Source: an uncultured Candidatus Actinomarina sp.
Lineage (GTDB): Bacteria; Actinomycetota; Acidimicrobiia; Actinomarinales; Actinomarinaceae
DNA: 64,000 nt
Direction: 5' to 3'
NCBI GenBank assembly: GCA_902599555.1
Contig: CACKFQ010000002.1
Coordinates: 15,235 to 79,234, forward strand
Both the position numbers and the translations under genes were made by a program. Positions 47,789-57,567 of this stretch are shown here, piece after piece (the first letter of the stretch is position 1; every line of letters begins with the position of its first letter). Below the pieces are notes generated by a model, which was not told the DNA's origin, made no database searches, and worked only from the letters and a program-made list of their open reading frames with translations.

Positions 47789-48538
47789 ATGAAAATTGCA
47801 GTTTGTGCCAAACAAATCCCTGATCCAGCAAATGAAGTTACCTACAGTAATGGAACAATTGAAAGACCTGAAGAACAAGTCTTAGATGATACCGACAGAT
47901 ATGGAATTGAAGTTGCTCTTCAGTTAAAAGAAAAATTTGATGCAGAAGTCACAATAATCTCAATGGGACCATCTGGAACACAAAAGGGTCTTCAACAAGC
48001 ACTTCAAATGGGCGCAGACAAGGCTGTATTTGTTGATGACGAATCCTTAGAAGGTGCGAACTCATTAATGACTGCAAATGTTCTTAGTGAATTAGCTAAA
48101 TCATTGTCAGCAGATATTGTAATATTTGGCACTGAGTCTACAGATGGTTATTCTGGCACCGTTCCACAGCAAGTTTCAAGATATCTTGACTTAGAATGTA
48201 TTTCATATGTAAAAGCAGTTGAAATTAATGATAACGTTACATTAACTAGACAAACTGTAGAAGGCTCTGAAAAATTAAATATGCCAGAAAAATGCGTTAT
48301 ATCTGTAACTGCAGGTGGCGTTGAACCAAGATACCCAAACTTTAAAGATATTATGGCAGCTAAGTCCAAACCAATAGAACAGGTTTCAATCAGTGACTTA
48401 ACCATTAACACAACTCAGAATCTTGAATTCATAGATATTGAAACAGTCGAAAATTCTAAATCCGGTGAGAAAATTACTGATGAAGGTGAAGCCTATCAAG
48501 AAATTGTAAATAAATTGAAAGAGTTAAAAGTAATATGA
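47789..48538 (+). CDS. etfB: Electron transfer flavoprotein beta subunit
   Basis: 'KQIPD', 'ALQMGAD', 'STDG..G.VP', 'EPRYP..KDIMAAK'. Confidence 0.93.
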   Translation: MKIAVCAKQIPDPANEVTYSNGTIERPEEQVLDDTDRYGIEVALQLKEKFDAEVTIISMGPSGTQKGLQQALQMGADKAVFVDDESLEGANSLMTANVLSELAKSLSADIVIFGTESTDGYSGTVPQQVSRYLDLECISYVKAVEINDNVTLTRQTVEGSEKLNMPEKCVISVTAGGVEPRYPNFKDIMAAKSKPIEQVSISDLTINTTQNLEFIDIETVENSKSGEKITDEGEAYQEIVNKLKELKVI

Positions 48539-49452
48539 AAACTTTAATAATTGGTGAAATTATAAATAACAACCTAAGTTCTGGAACTTTGGAAATATTA
48601 GGTAAAGCAAAGTCCTTAGATTTAGATGTTCAAGTTGTAACTGTCGGCAGTGATGAAAATCCATCAATCGGTGTTGATCTTTGTAAACAAACCTATCTAA
48701 AAAGGCAAAACAATTCATTAAATTTATCAAAAGCTGCAACAAAAATTTCTGAAATAATTAAAAATGAGGAAATTAATTTAATTCTAGGATCTTCAACATA
48801 CATGTGCAGGGATTTAATTTCATTTTTATCTGTAGATTTAAACAGTAGTCCAGTATCAAATGTTATTGATTTTGATGTTTCATCAGGAAATGTATCTACA
48901 GTGAATTCTATAAATGGTGGGGAAAGTTTATACAAAACAAAAATTAATTCAGATCAAGCATTATTACTAATAAGACCAAAAGCATTTGACCCTGTTGAGG
49001 TAAATTTCAATGACGATTTTGAAACTATTGATTTAGACGGCAGTGATTTAGAAGTTTTTGATATATTTATTGAAGAAAAATCTGGTCCACAGCTTGAAGA
49101 TTCTAAAGTTGTTATTTCAGCTGGTAGAGGCATGGTTGACAAAGAGAATTTGGAATTAATTGAAACACTAGCTTCAAAATTGAATGCAGCTATTGGTGGT
49201 ACTAGAGCAATAGTTGATGCTGGTTGGATGCCTTATTCACAACAAGTAGGACAAACAGGAAAAACTGTAAAGCCAGATGTATATATTGCATGTGGAATTT
49301 CTGGAGCAACTCAGCATCAAGTTGGTATGAAAGATTCAAAATTTGTGATAGCTATTAATAAGGATGAGGAAGCCCCTATTTTTCAATTAGCAGATTTAGG
49401 CATTGTCGGTGACACGCTAAGTGTTATACCTAAATTGAACGACAATATTTAA
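48535..49452 (+). CDS. etfA: Electron transfer flavoprotein alpha subunit
   Basis: 'QVGQTGKTV.P..YIACGISGATQH..GM', 'AINKD..APIF'. Confidence 0.95.
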   Translation: MKTLIIGEIINNNLSSGTLEILGKAKSLDLDVQVVTVGSDENPSIGVDLCKQTYLKRQNNSLNLSKAATKISEIIKNEEINLILGSSTYMCRDLISFLSVDLNSSPVSNVIDFDVSSGNVSTVNSINGGESLYKTKINSDQALLLIRPKAFDPVEVNFNDDFETIDLDGSDLEVFDIFIEEKSGPQLEDSKVVISAGRGMVDKENLELIETLASKLNAAIGGTRAIVDAGWMPYSQQVGQTGKTVKPDVYIACGISGATQHQVGMKDSKFVIAINKDEEAPIFQLADLGIVGDTLSVIPKLNDNI

Positions 49453-49841
49453 TCTTTAAACTGAATTTTATTATTGTACGGAAGCACATCGTCGAATTTA
49501 TATTTTTCAAAACTGTCCTTGTGAACAACAATTACATCCTCAACACCAAACTCTGACATTCGCTGCCTAGAAACACCACAAGGAAATATTGCTTCTTCAT
49601 CTGCATCAATACATGCCACAGCTAATATATCAATTTTTGTTTCACCTTCTGAAATGGCTTTGAGTACAGCTACATCCTCTCCACAAACAGTTGCCGGATA
49701 AGATACATTTTCTATATTGCAACCTGTATATACATTTCCTGAACCTGCAATAAGTGCTGCTCCAACTCTAAAATTTGAATATGGTGCATAAGCTTTTTTT
49801 GCGGTATCTCTTGCTAATTGTGCTAATTCTTGATCATTCAT
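49449..49841 (-). CDS. cdd: Cytidine deaminase with altered Zn-ligand motif
   Basis: 'AYAPYSNFRVGAAL', 'GCNIEN', 'CGE', 'PCGVSRQ' (canonical CAE / PCGxCRQ). Confidence 0.88.
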   Translation of the reverse strand: MNDQELAQLARDTAKKAYAPYSNFRVGAALIAGSGNVYTGCNIENVSYPATVCGEDVAVLKAISEGETKIDILAVACIDADEEAIFPCGVSRQRMSEFGVEDVIVVHKDSFEKYKFDDVLPYNNKIQFKD

Positions 49842-52483
49842 GATTTGTTTATCAACTCTTCAAAATCTGCTTTAGTTTTTGTAAACACTCTTGATCCAGA
49901 ACCTGGCTCCATAGTAACCCCATATAAAACATCACCAGCATGCATAGTCTGCTGTTGGTGTGTAACAATAATATATTGAGCATCTCCCTTTACATGCTTT
50001 AATAAGTTAATCATTCTATGTAAATTAGCATCATCAAGTGCAGCTTCAACTTCATCAAGTATATAAAAAGGGCTTGGGAATGACTTAAATATAGAGAACA
50101 AGAATGCGATTGCAGCTAAAGATCTTTCCCCACCAGATAATAAACTTAATTTCTTAACCTTTTTACCTTTAGGTTGTACCGAAATATCAATTCCAGTTTC
50201 TAAAATATTTTCTTTATCTGTGAATGACAAAGATCCTTTTCCTCCTGGGAACAAAGTTTCAAATATTTCAGAAAAATGTACTGAAATTGAATTAAATGAA
50301 GACTCAATTCTAAATGATATTTCATTTTCAATTTCTTTAATGTGTGAATTCAATTCTTTTTTGGCTAAGTTTAAGTCTTCTATATTTGCTGTTATTTCTT
50401 CATATCTTGAATTTAAAGTCTCAAAATCTTCTTTAGCTAAATAATTTACTGTACCTATGTTTTCTAATTGAGTCTCATAATTTTTTATTTCATTTTCTAA
50501 AGTATGTTGAATCAATCCATCAGTTTGTACATGAACTAGACTTTCGTCATTCAAACCATGAATATTTTTTAATGTAGAAAAATGAGATGAAGTAGAAACT
50601 TGATTTTCAGATACTTTAATTACTACTGCGGTTTTTTCCTCTTTTATATCAAAATAATTTTTATTTAACTGTTCAATTTCTGAATCAATTTTCTGAATTT
50701 TTTTATTAGTATTTCCATACTTATCATCAAATTCTTCAGATTTCTGAGCTAATAAATTACTAGTTTTATTTGTAAATGAAATAAAATCTTTTATTTCAGA
50801 AACAAGCTTTTCTAAATCTGATTTTGAAGTGGCATTTTTAGTAGATGAAATTTTATCTTTTTCATTAAGAAATTCATTATTTTGTTCCGTAAGATTTTTG
50901 ATTCTTTCTTGAGAAGTAACTAATTGGTTAGAAATTGAAGTTATTTGATTTTCCAAATTTTCAATCTGTTTTTCTAAATCAATCTTCTGATTATTTATAT
51001 CAATTTTGAACTCTTCATTTTGATTAATTCCAGAAAGCAATACTTCTTTTTGACTTAATTCTCTTTCCATAGATTCATTCTTGGAAGTTATTTGATCTAT
51101 TTTTTCTTTTGATGAGTTAAATTCCCTATTCAAGATATTTTGATGAAAAGTAACATATTCATCTTTTGAAGAAATATTAAATTCAGTGCTTTTCATATCA
51201 TTATTAAATTTCTGTAAAAGGTCTTCTGAATTTTTAACATCGCTCACCCACTTACTAAGTTCAAGATTTAGTACTCCTAAATCTTGTGATGTTTCAGATA
51301 TGTTCTTTTGTAATGACTTAATTTCATTTTCTAGCAAAGCTTCATTTACTTCTTTTGATGCAGAAGACTTCTTAATAACAGACTCAAGTTGAGTTTTTAA
51401 ATCATCATAAGTTGATTGAAGATTCTTTAAAGAATATTGTTTAGACACCAACTGATTAGAAAGCATATTTATCTGATCTGAATTTTGATCTATTTTTTTT
51501 GAAATTTTATTAATTTGCTCTACATTCCTAAAATCTTCACGTTCTAAATTATCTTTTCTTTCATTTGCCACTTGAGCAATTGATCTTAATTGTTCAGTAA
51601 CATTGTTAATTTTTGAGGAATATTCTTTGAATGTAGAGCCAATGGAAACTCCATCGCCAAGTTCATTATTTATTCTTAGTTTTTCTTTTTTCAAATTTTC
51701 AACTTTTAACTCAATAGAATCAATTGAATTTGAAAGTTCATTTTCTTTGATTTTTAAATCCTCATATTCATTTTGAAATTTTCTATAAAGCAAAGTATGT
51801 AGTTTTATATTTCTATCTTTTAGTTGATTTGTTACATCTTCATGAAGACTTGCCTGCTCAGCTTGTTTCTGTAGAGGCTTCAGTTGTTTTCTAATCTCAC
51901 GTAAAACATCTTTAGCTCTTTTGATTTCTTTATCACCAGTTTCAATTCTCTTTAGCGCTTTTTCTTTTTTCGATCTTAAAGGTAAAATTCCTGAAGCTTC
52001 TTCAATTGTTAATCTGTGATCCTCAGGCTTTGAATTCAATATTTCAGCGATTTGACCTTGTGAAATTATGATATGTTGCTGTTTACCTATTCCTACGTCA
52101 CTTAAAAACTCTTGAATATCTAACAATCTGCAATTTAAGCCATTCATAAAATATTCAGAAGTACCATCTCTAAACAGTTTTCTTCCTATGGAAATTTCAC
52201 TATTTCCGTTAAATTTTTGTTCATCAACTTCGAAATTTAAATAGACTTCAGCAAATCCTTTTTCTGATAATTTTTCAGTACCAGCAAATATCACATCTTC
52301 CATCTTGTTAGTTCTAAGAGTGGCGGGGCTTTGGGTTCCCAATACCCAAGATATTGCATCTACTACATTTGACTTGCCTGAACCATTAGGTCCAACAATA
52401 ACATTTACTTCGTCTGATAATTGAATAGTTGTCTTTTCTGCAAAAGACTTGAACCCATTAATATCTAATGATTTTAAATACAT
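49838..52483 (-). CDS. smc: SMC-family chromosome segregation ATPase, short form
   Basis: 'GFKSFA', Walker A 'GPNGSGKSN', Q-loop 'ISQGQI', 'LSGGE', 'LDEVEAALD', 'THQ'; 881 aa. Confidence 0.9.
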   Translation of the reverse strand: MYLKSLDINGFKSFAEKTTIQLSDEVNVIVGPNGSGKSNVVDAISWVLGTQSPATLRTNKMEDVIFAGTEKLSEKGFAEVYLNFEVDEQKFNGNSEISIGRKLFRDGTSEYFMNGLNCRLLDIQEFLSDVGIGKQQHIIISQGQIAEILNSKPEDHRLTIEEASGILPLRSKKEKALKRIETGDKEIKRAKDVLREIRKQLKPLQKQAEQASLHEDVTNQLKDRNIKLHTLLYRKFQNEYEDLKIKENELSNSIDSIELKVENLKKEKLRINNELGDGVSIGSTFKEYSSKINNVTEQLRSIAQVANERKDNLEREDFRNVEQINKISKKIDQNSDQINMLSNQLVSKQYSLKNLQSTYDDLKTQLESVIKKSSASKEVNEALLENEIKSLQKNISETSQDLGVLNLELSKWVSDVKNSEDLLQKFNNDMKSTEFNISSKDEYVTFHQNILNREFNSSKEKIDQITSKNESMERELSQKEVLLSGINQNEEFKIDINNQKIDLEKQIENLENQITSISNQLVTSQERIKNLTEQNNEFLNEKDKISSTKNATSKSDLEKLVSEIKDFISFTNKTSNLLAQKSEEFDDKYGNTNKKIQKIDSEIEQLNKNYFDIKEEKTAVVIKVSENQVSTSSHFSTLKNIHGLNDESLVHVQTDGLIQHTLENEIKNYETQLENIGTVNYLAKEDFETLNSRYEEITANIEDLNLAKKELNSHIKEIENEISFRIESSFNSISVHFSEIFETLFPGGKGSLSFTDKENILETGIDISVQPKGKKVKKLSLLSGGERSLAAIAFLFSIFKSFPSPFYILDEVEAALDDANLHRMINLLKHVKGDAQYIIVTHQQQTMHAGDVLYGVTMEPGSGSRVFTKTKADFEELINKS

Positions 52484-52549
52484 TTATTACCCTGTTGTTA
52501 CTTATATATTAGTAATAATTGGATTAAATTTCTTATTTTTGAATTTTTT

Positions 52550-53485
52550 TTAAACTACTTCTATTTCTACAGCACGCGTATTTTGCCTGTTAGATGTGTA
52601 TATATTATCAAGATATTCAAAAGGCTTTTTATTTATCCAGCCATTTGAATATAAAAAGTAAGACGCAGCCAAATCTACTCCTCTTTTGCTACCGTCTGTA
52701 CAGTTAAATATATAGGATTCGCTATTATCAGTAACAAACAATACTCCTTCTGCACCTGATTTTGCTAAAAGTTTTCGTTCTGAATTTATTATTATATTTG
52801 TATCCGTTCTATTTTCGCCACCTATTATTTCTGGATGAGCTAAATAAGCTTGAAATACTTTATTCCAAGATTCAGAACTTCGAGTTTTTTGCATAAATTT
52901 TATAGAGTTTAAAAAATTTGTTACATTTAAATTAATTGCTGGCAGACCACACCCATCAATACCAAATCCAATATCTTCATTTTCAAATATTTCGATAAAG
53001 TACTGCTTTGTGATTTCTTGGGTTTTATGAATTAAATCATAGTAATTACTGCTATCAACAGATAATAATTTAGAAAATATCAACATTGATAAATGCTTGC
53101 CAGAACAATTGTTGTGCAATTTAGTATATTTCTCACCTAAAATTAGCAAATTATCTGCAGTTTCATCATGAAAAGGTCGCTGTGGCCCACAAATTATGTT
53201 ATCTAAATCAACTTTAAATTTTTTTGCTGTTTCTCTTAATAGTTCTATATGCTCAACTTGACCAGAATGTGATGCTGCAAACAATGCTATCTCTTCAGAA
53301 GTAAATTCAATATTTTGATTTGATGCCTCCAGCAATAAAGGAATCACTTGCATTGGTTTGACTGAAGACCTTGGAAAAAAATAATCGTCATATTGTTTTT
53401 TGTTTGAGTAAAGATTTACTTCATGAGAAGATTCTAAAGAACCATCCCTATATAAATTAACTGTTAGTTTATTATCTTCTGACAT
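52550..53485 (-). CDS. L-asparaginase II (Rhizobium-type, class 3) family protein
   Basis: 'RSSVKPMQ', 'SHSG', 'NNCSGKH', 'DGCG', 'AKSGAEG'. Confidence 0.88.
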   Translation of the reverse strand: MSEDNKLTVNLYRDGSLESSHEVNLYSNKKQYDDYFFPRSSVKPMQVIPLLLEASNQNIEFTSEEIALFAASHSGQVEHIELLRETAKKFKVDLDNIICGPQRPFHDETADNLLILGEKYTKLHNNCSGKHLSMLIFSKLLSVDSSNYYDLIHKTQEITKQYFIEIFENEDIGFGIDGCGLPAINLNVTNFLNSIKFMQKTRSSESWNKVFQAYLAHPEIIGGENRTDTNIIINSERKLLAKSGAEGVLFVTDNSESYIFNCTDGSKRGVDLAASYFLYSNGWINKKPFEYLDNIYTSNRQNTRAVEIEVV

Positions 53486-54267
53486 TTTTTACACACATAA
53501 GTAGCTCTAGAATCTATAAATATCTTATCAATTTTATTTGAACATGAAAAACACTTATCTTTTGAATAAATAGACAAATTATTTTGGTTGTTACCATATA
53601 CACCTTGTGGTAGAACATAAGTCATATCACTTAAGGTTGTTCCATTATTTTTAATAGCCTTTTTTAAAACTTTCTTTGTATATAAAAATATATCATTCCA
53701 ATTTGTGTCTTTTAATTTAAAAGATACTGAGTGTGGATGAATGCCAGCAAGAAATAAAATTTCATTAACATAAATATTTCCTAGTCCGCTTATATTTTTT
53801 TGATTTAGTAAGAATTTTTTAATACTCGTCGAACTTTTTTTTGCTTTATTAATTACAAAGAATTTATCTATTTTTGACAATGAGAGTGCGTCTGGACCTA
53901 GTGTGGAAAATTGTTTATTCGCTAGATCATTTTTAAGAATCTTTATATATCCAAACTTTCGAATATCATCATAAAGTAAAATGTCTTTATCAAAAAAAAA
54001 TATACCGTGTGTATGTTTATTTTTTATACCATTTAGATCTAATCTTCCACTCATTCCTAAATGAAAAAATATTGAATTGTTTTTAAAGTTAAATTGTAAA
54101 ATCTTTCCTTTTCTATTTATCTCATTTAAAACTCCTAAGCTTCTGGGATTAACAATATTAAATCTATTTATTCGTTGATCAAATATTTTATATTTTTGTA
54201 ATTTCTGATTTATTAAAGAATTTTTTAAAACCCTTCGTATAGATTCAACTTCGGGTAATTCAGGCAT
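53464..54267 (-). CDS. mutM: Formamidopyrimidine-DNA glycosylase
   Basis: N-terminal MPELPEVE, 'HLGMSG', 'GLGNIY', C-terminal C4 zinc finger. Confidence 0.95.
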   Translation of the reverse strand: MPELPEVESIRRVLKNSLINQKLQKYKIFDQRINRFNIVNPRSLGVLNEINRKGKILQFNFKNNSIFFHLGMSGRLDLNGIKNKHTHGIFFFDKDILLYDDIRKFGYIKILKNDLANKQFSTLGPDALSLSKIDKFFVINKAKKSSTSIKKFLLNQKNISGLGNIYVNEILFLAGIHPHSVSFKLKDTNWNDIFLYTKKVLKKAIKNNGTTLSDMTYVLPQGVYGNNQNNLSIYSKDKCFSCSNKIDKIFIDSRATYVCKKCQKIIN

Positions 54268-54937
54268 CTAATTTAGCTAAAGCATCTTTTGCAGCAGATT
54301 GTTGAGCAATTTTTTTAGATTTTCCATCTCCAGCACCAATTATCTCATCATTCAATAAAACTTCAGATGAAAAATTTTTATTATGGTCAGGACCATGTGA
54401 ACTATCTTGATAAATTACTTTTAACCCCTTTTTAGCAAAGTATTCTTGTAATCTTGTTTTGTAATCTTTTTGCCCAGGATTTAGAGATAGGTCCTTTATG
54501 CTTGGATAAATAAATTTTGAAACAAAATCATTTACAGCTTTTAGACCACCATCAAAATATAAAGCAGCAATTAAAGCTTCCAGAGCATCTTCAATAATTG
54601 AATCTTTATGTCTTCCTCCGGTTGAATCTTCTGCTGAGCCTAAATAAAGATACTTGCCAATGTTTATTTTTTTTCCAAGTTCAACAAGATAAAACTGATT
54701 AACAGCGCTCGATCTAATTTTTGTAAGACTTCCTTCGTCCAATTCTGGATAATTTTCAAATAAATATTCAGTTAGATCAAAATCTAGTATTGCATCACCA
54801 AAAAACTCATACCTTTGATTTGATTGTAAGTCCGGGTACTCATCTAAATATGATTTATGGGTTAAAGCAATTTTTAAAAAAGTTATATTTTTAAATTTGT
54901 ATCCAATATTCTTTTCTAAATCTTTTAAATTACTCAT
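54260..54937 (-). CDS. rnc: Ribonuclease III
   Basis: 'ALTHKSY', 'NQRYEFFGDAIL', dsRBD 'DYKTRLQE', 'GPDH'. Confidence 0.96.
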   Translation of the reverse strand: MSNLKDLEKNIGYKFKNITFLKIALTHKSYLDEYPDLQSNQRYEFFGDAILDFDLTEYLFENYPELDEGSLTKIRSSAVNQFYLVELGKKINIGKYLYLGSAEDSTGGRHKDSIIEDALEALIAALYFDGGLKAVNDFVSKFIYPSIKDLSLNPGQKDYKTRLQEYFAKKGLKVIYQDSSHGPDHNKNFSSEVLLNDEIIGAGDGKSKKIAQQSAAKDALAKLDA

Positions 54938-55905
54938 AACTCTTTAATGGCGTCAGAAAACTTACCAATAAAATCTTTCTTAATGGATTCATTTGTATAT
55001 TGAATACCATTCATAATTGCTTCCTGCTTAGATGAACCATGGCCAATTGTTACTAAACCATCGACGCCTAATAAGTAAGAAGCATTTGTTTTATCAGGGT
55101 TTAATTGATCCTTCACAGGTTTTAAAGCTTTCTTGACAGATGGTAAAAAAGGTTTGAATAGATTTTGTTTTAGAGAGGAAGATATTAGGTTTTGCTGAAG
55201 TTTTGCAGTTCCTTCTAAAGTTTTTAACACTACATTACCTGTAAATCCATCAGTAACAAATACATCAACTTTATTAGTTGCAAAATCTCTACCTTCTACA
55301 TTTCCAACAAAATTTAAAGAACTTGAATCTAAAAGTTTAAAGGCAGATTTTTCAAGTTCTCTACCCTTAGACTCTTCTTCGCCGTTATTTAAAAGTCCTA
55401 TTTTCGGAGATTCAATGTCAAAAAGAGCTTCAGCAAGTTTTGATCCCATGACTGCAAATTGATAAAGGACTTTAGGTTTAACATCTAAACTTGCACCTGA
55501 GTCAAGTAATATCACACTTCTTTCAATAGTTGGCAAGACTGAAGCAATTGCAGGTCTAATTACACCTCTTTGCTTTCCCAAAATTGTAATTGCACTTATT
55601 AGGGTTGCTCCGGTAGATCCAGCAGAAAATACTGCCTCAACCTTTTTTTCTTTTAATAATTGCATACATCCATTTATAGATGCTTCTTTTTTAGACCGTA
55701 CAGCTCTAAGTGGATCCTCGTCCATTGAAATTACCTGAGGAAAATGGTATACAGGAATTTCTTTTGATCCGAGATAAGGTTTGATTAAATTTTCGTCACC
55801 ACACAATACGACATTGACGCCATTTTCTTTTGCTTTAATCGCACCTTTAACAATTTCTACAGGTGCTGAATCACCACCCATTGCATCTACGGCAATAGTA
55901 TTCAT
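54934..55905 (-). CDS. plsX: Phosphate acyltransferase PlsX
   Basis: 'IAVDAMGGD.AP', 'GEEESKG', 'GNVEG', 'DGFTGNV.LK..EG'. Confidence 0.96.
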   Translation of the reverse strand: MNTIAVDAMGGDSAPVEIVKGAIKAKENGVNVVLCGDENLIKPYLGSKEIPVYHFPQVISMDEDPLRAVRSKKEASINGCMQLLKEKKVEAVFSAGSTGATLISAITILGKQRGVIRPAIASVLPTIERSVILLDSGASLDVKPKVLYQFAVMGSKLAEALFDIESPKIGLLNNGEEESKGRELEKSAFKLLDSSSLNFVGNVEGRDFATNKVDVFVTDGFTGNVVLKTLEGTAKLQQNLISSSLKQNLFKPFLPSVKKALKPVKDQLNPDKTNASYLLGVDGLVTIGHGSSKQEAIMNGIQYTNESIKKDFIGKFSDAIKEL

Positions 55906-55912
55906 AATTTTT

Positions 55913-56095
55913 TTAGCTTACTTCAGGTTCTTTGACTTGTCGACCGTTATAAGTTCCATCTGTAGGATTAACCCTATGTGACTGTTTTGCAACACCAGTC
56001 TCTGGGTCAACTACAAAATGCGGTTTTGAAACTTTATGAGTAGCTTTTCTACGTCTAGTTCTAGATTTAGACATTTTTTTCTTTGGCACTGCCAT
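55913..56095 (-). CDS. rpmF: 50S ribosomal protein L32 (Cys-free form)
   Basis: 'MAVPKKKMSKSR', 'HRV...G.YNGRQV'. Confidence 0.95.
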   Translation of the reverse strand: MAVPKKKMSKSRTRRRKATHKVSKPHFVVDPETGVAKQSHRVNPTDGTYNGRQVKEPEVS

Positions 56096-56113
56096 GGTTA
56101 TATTCCTTTCAAA

Positions 56114-56611
56114 CTACAAATCTAGCTGACTTAGAGAAGAAAATGGACTTTCTTTTGAATTTTTTTCATTGTGATTACAGCTTAAATTATTTTTATTTAT
56201 ACCACAAAATGAGCAAAGTCCCTTACATTTCTGTGAACATACAAAATTTATGTCCATTTTTTCGATAATTATTTCAGAAATAAAAGGTGATAAGTCAAAA
56301 TATTCGTCATCATAATTTACTTCATAGTCGTTATCATCTTTTACATTCAAAGTTGTTGAAAAAGAACTTCTATCTTCATTATATGAAGCCGTTAAACATC
56401 TCCCGCAATTGCTTTGATATCTGAAATTAACTTCAATTGAAAAATAAAGCCTATCTTCAATTAGTTCAATTTCTGATTGAAATTTAATTTGTTCATTATC
56501 ATCAATAAAGTTATTACCGAAATTTATTGGAAATGTACCTTCATTGTCGAACTGTATTTTATCTTTTGAAGAAATTACGTCAATTGACTTAATCTTGGTA
56601 TTTAATTTCAT
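56114..56611 (-). CDS. YceD/DUF177 family protein
   Basis: 'CGRCL', 'CSQKCKGLCSFCG.N', 'SPFSSL'; upstream of rpmF. Confidence 0.88.
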   Translation of the reverse strand: MKLNTKIKSIDVISSKDKIQFDNEGTFPINFGNNFIDDNEQIKFQSEIELIEDRLYFSIEVNFRYQSNCGRCLTASYNEDRSSFSTTLNVKDDNDYEVNYDDEYFDLSPFISEIIIEKMDINFVCSQKCKGLCSFCGINKNNLSCNHNEKNSKESPFSSLSQLDL

Positions 56612-56612
56612 T

Positions 56613-57110
56613 TTATGGTTTTTCTATATCGCGTGGTTGCCTAAGTTTCGTTCTCTCTTGATCTAAAAAATCTTTCAACTGATTAATTTTGCTTTGAATT
56701 TCTTCCATTTTTCGGTCTACTGAATCTTCAATATTTGCTCTATAAGATTGAGCTTCAAGTTCAGTTTGTTTAATTATTGCATTGGCTTCAATAACTGCTT
56801 CTTGTAAAACATATGATTCTTGAATAAGTTTTTCAGATTCACGCCTAGCCTCTTCAACAATCTCTTTTGATTCATCTTTAGCCTTGGTAATAAACGATTC
56901 TTGTTCTCTTACGATCCATCTTGCAGTTCGAAGTTCTACAGGAATTGTATCAATTATTTCATCTATGTTGTTTATAATTTCTTTTTTATTGACTCTTCCG
57001 GTAAGTGAATTCGATTCGAGACTTGCCCTTAAGTTTTCTAGTTTATCAACTATGTCAATTCTGATATTTCCTTTTGCAATATCTTCAAAATTAATTTCTG
57101 CTTCAGGCAT
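56613..57110 (-). CDS. Conserved coiled-coil protein between coaD and yceD (YlbN-adjacent/SepIVA-like)
   Basis: 'IP.ELR.ARWIVRE', 'A..E...I...A..E...L' pattern; conserved gene position. Confidence 0.7.
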   Translation of the reverse strand: MPEAEINFEDIAKGNIRIDIVDKLENLRASLESNSLTGRVNKKEIINNIDEIIDTIPVELRTARWIVREQESFITKAKDESKEIVEEARRESEKLIQESYVLQEAVIEANAIIKQTELEAQSYRANIEDSVDRKMEEIQSKINQLKDFLDQERTKLRQPRDIEKP

Positions 57111-57567
57111 TGTTCATTCTCTCTAAAACATAATCAGGAACCAAAGACTTAATGTCTCCACCGTATGAATGAATTTCTTTCACCATGGAGCTTGATAGGT
57201 ATCCGTATTCAGGAGAAGAGGGTATGAATATTGTTTCAAATCCTTTTAAAGTCGAGTTAGCTTGTGCCATTTGAAATTCATAGTCAAAATCTGTCATAGC
57301 TCTTAATCCTTTGACAATAGCATCAACTGACTCTGATGAGGCAAAATCAACTAATAAACCTTCAAAACTTTTTACTTTTACATTTGCTTTTTCATTACAA
57401 ACTTTTTCAAGCATTTCTGATCTTTCCTCTGGTGTAAATAAAGATTCCTTTGAGGGGTTAACAACGACTCCAACAATAATCTCACTAAATATTTCAGAAC
57501 ATCTATTTATAACATCAATATGTCCATTAGTAGGTGGGTCAAATGAACCAGGAATTAAAATTTTCAT
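57103..57567 (-). CDS. coaD: Pantetheine-phosphate adenylyltransferase
   Basis: 'PGSFDPPTNGH', 'KGLR...DF.YE', 'SSSMVKE'. Confidence 0.97.
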   Translation of the reverse strand: MKILIPGSFDPPTNGHIDVINRCSEIFSEIIVGVVVNPSKESLFTPEERSEMLEKVCNEKANVKVKSFEGLLVDFASSESVDAIVKGLRAMTDFDYEFQMAQANSTLKGFETIFIPSSPEYGYLSSSMVKEIHSYGGDIKSLVPDYVLERMNNA

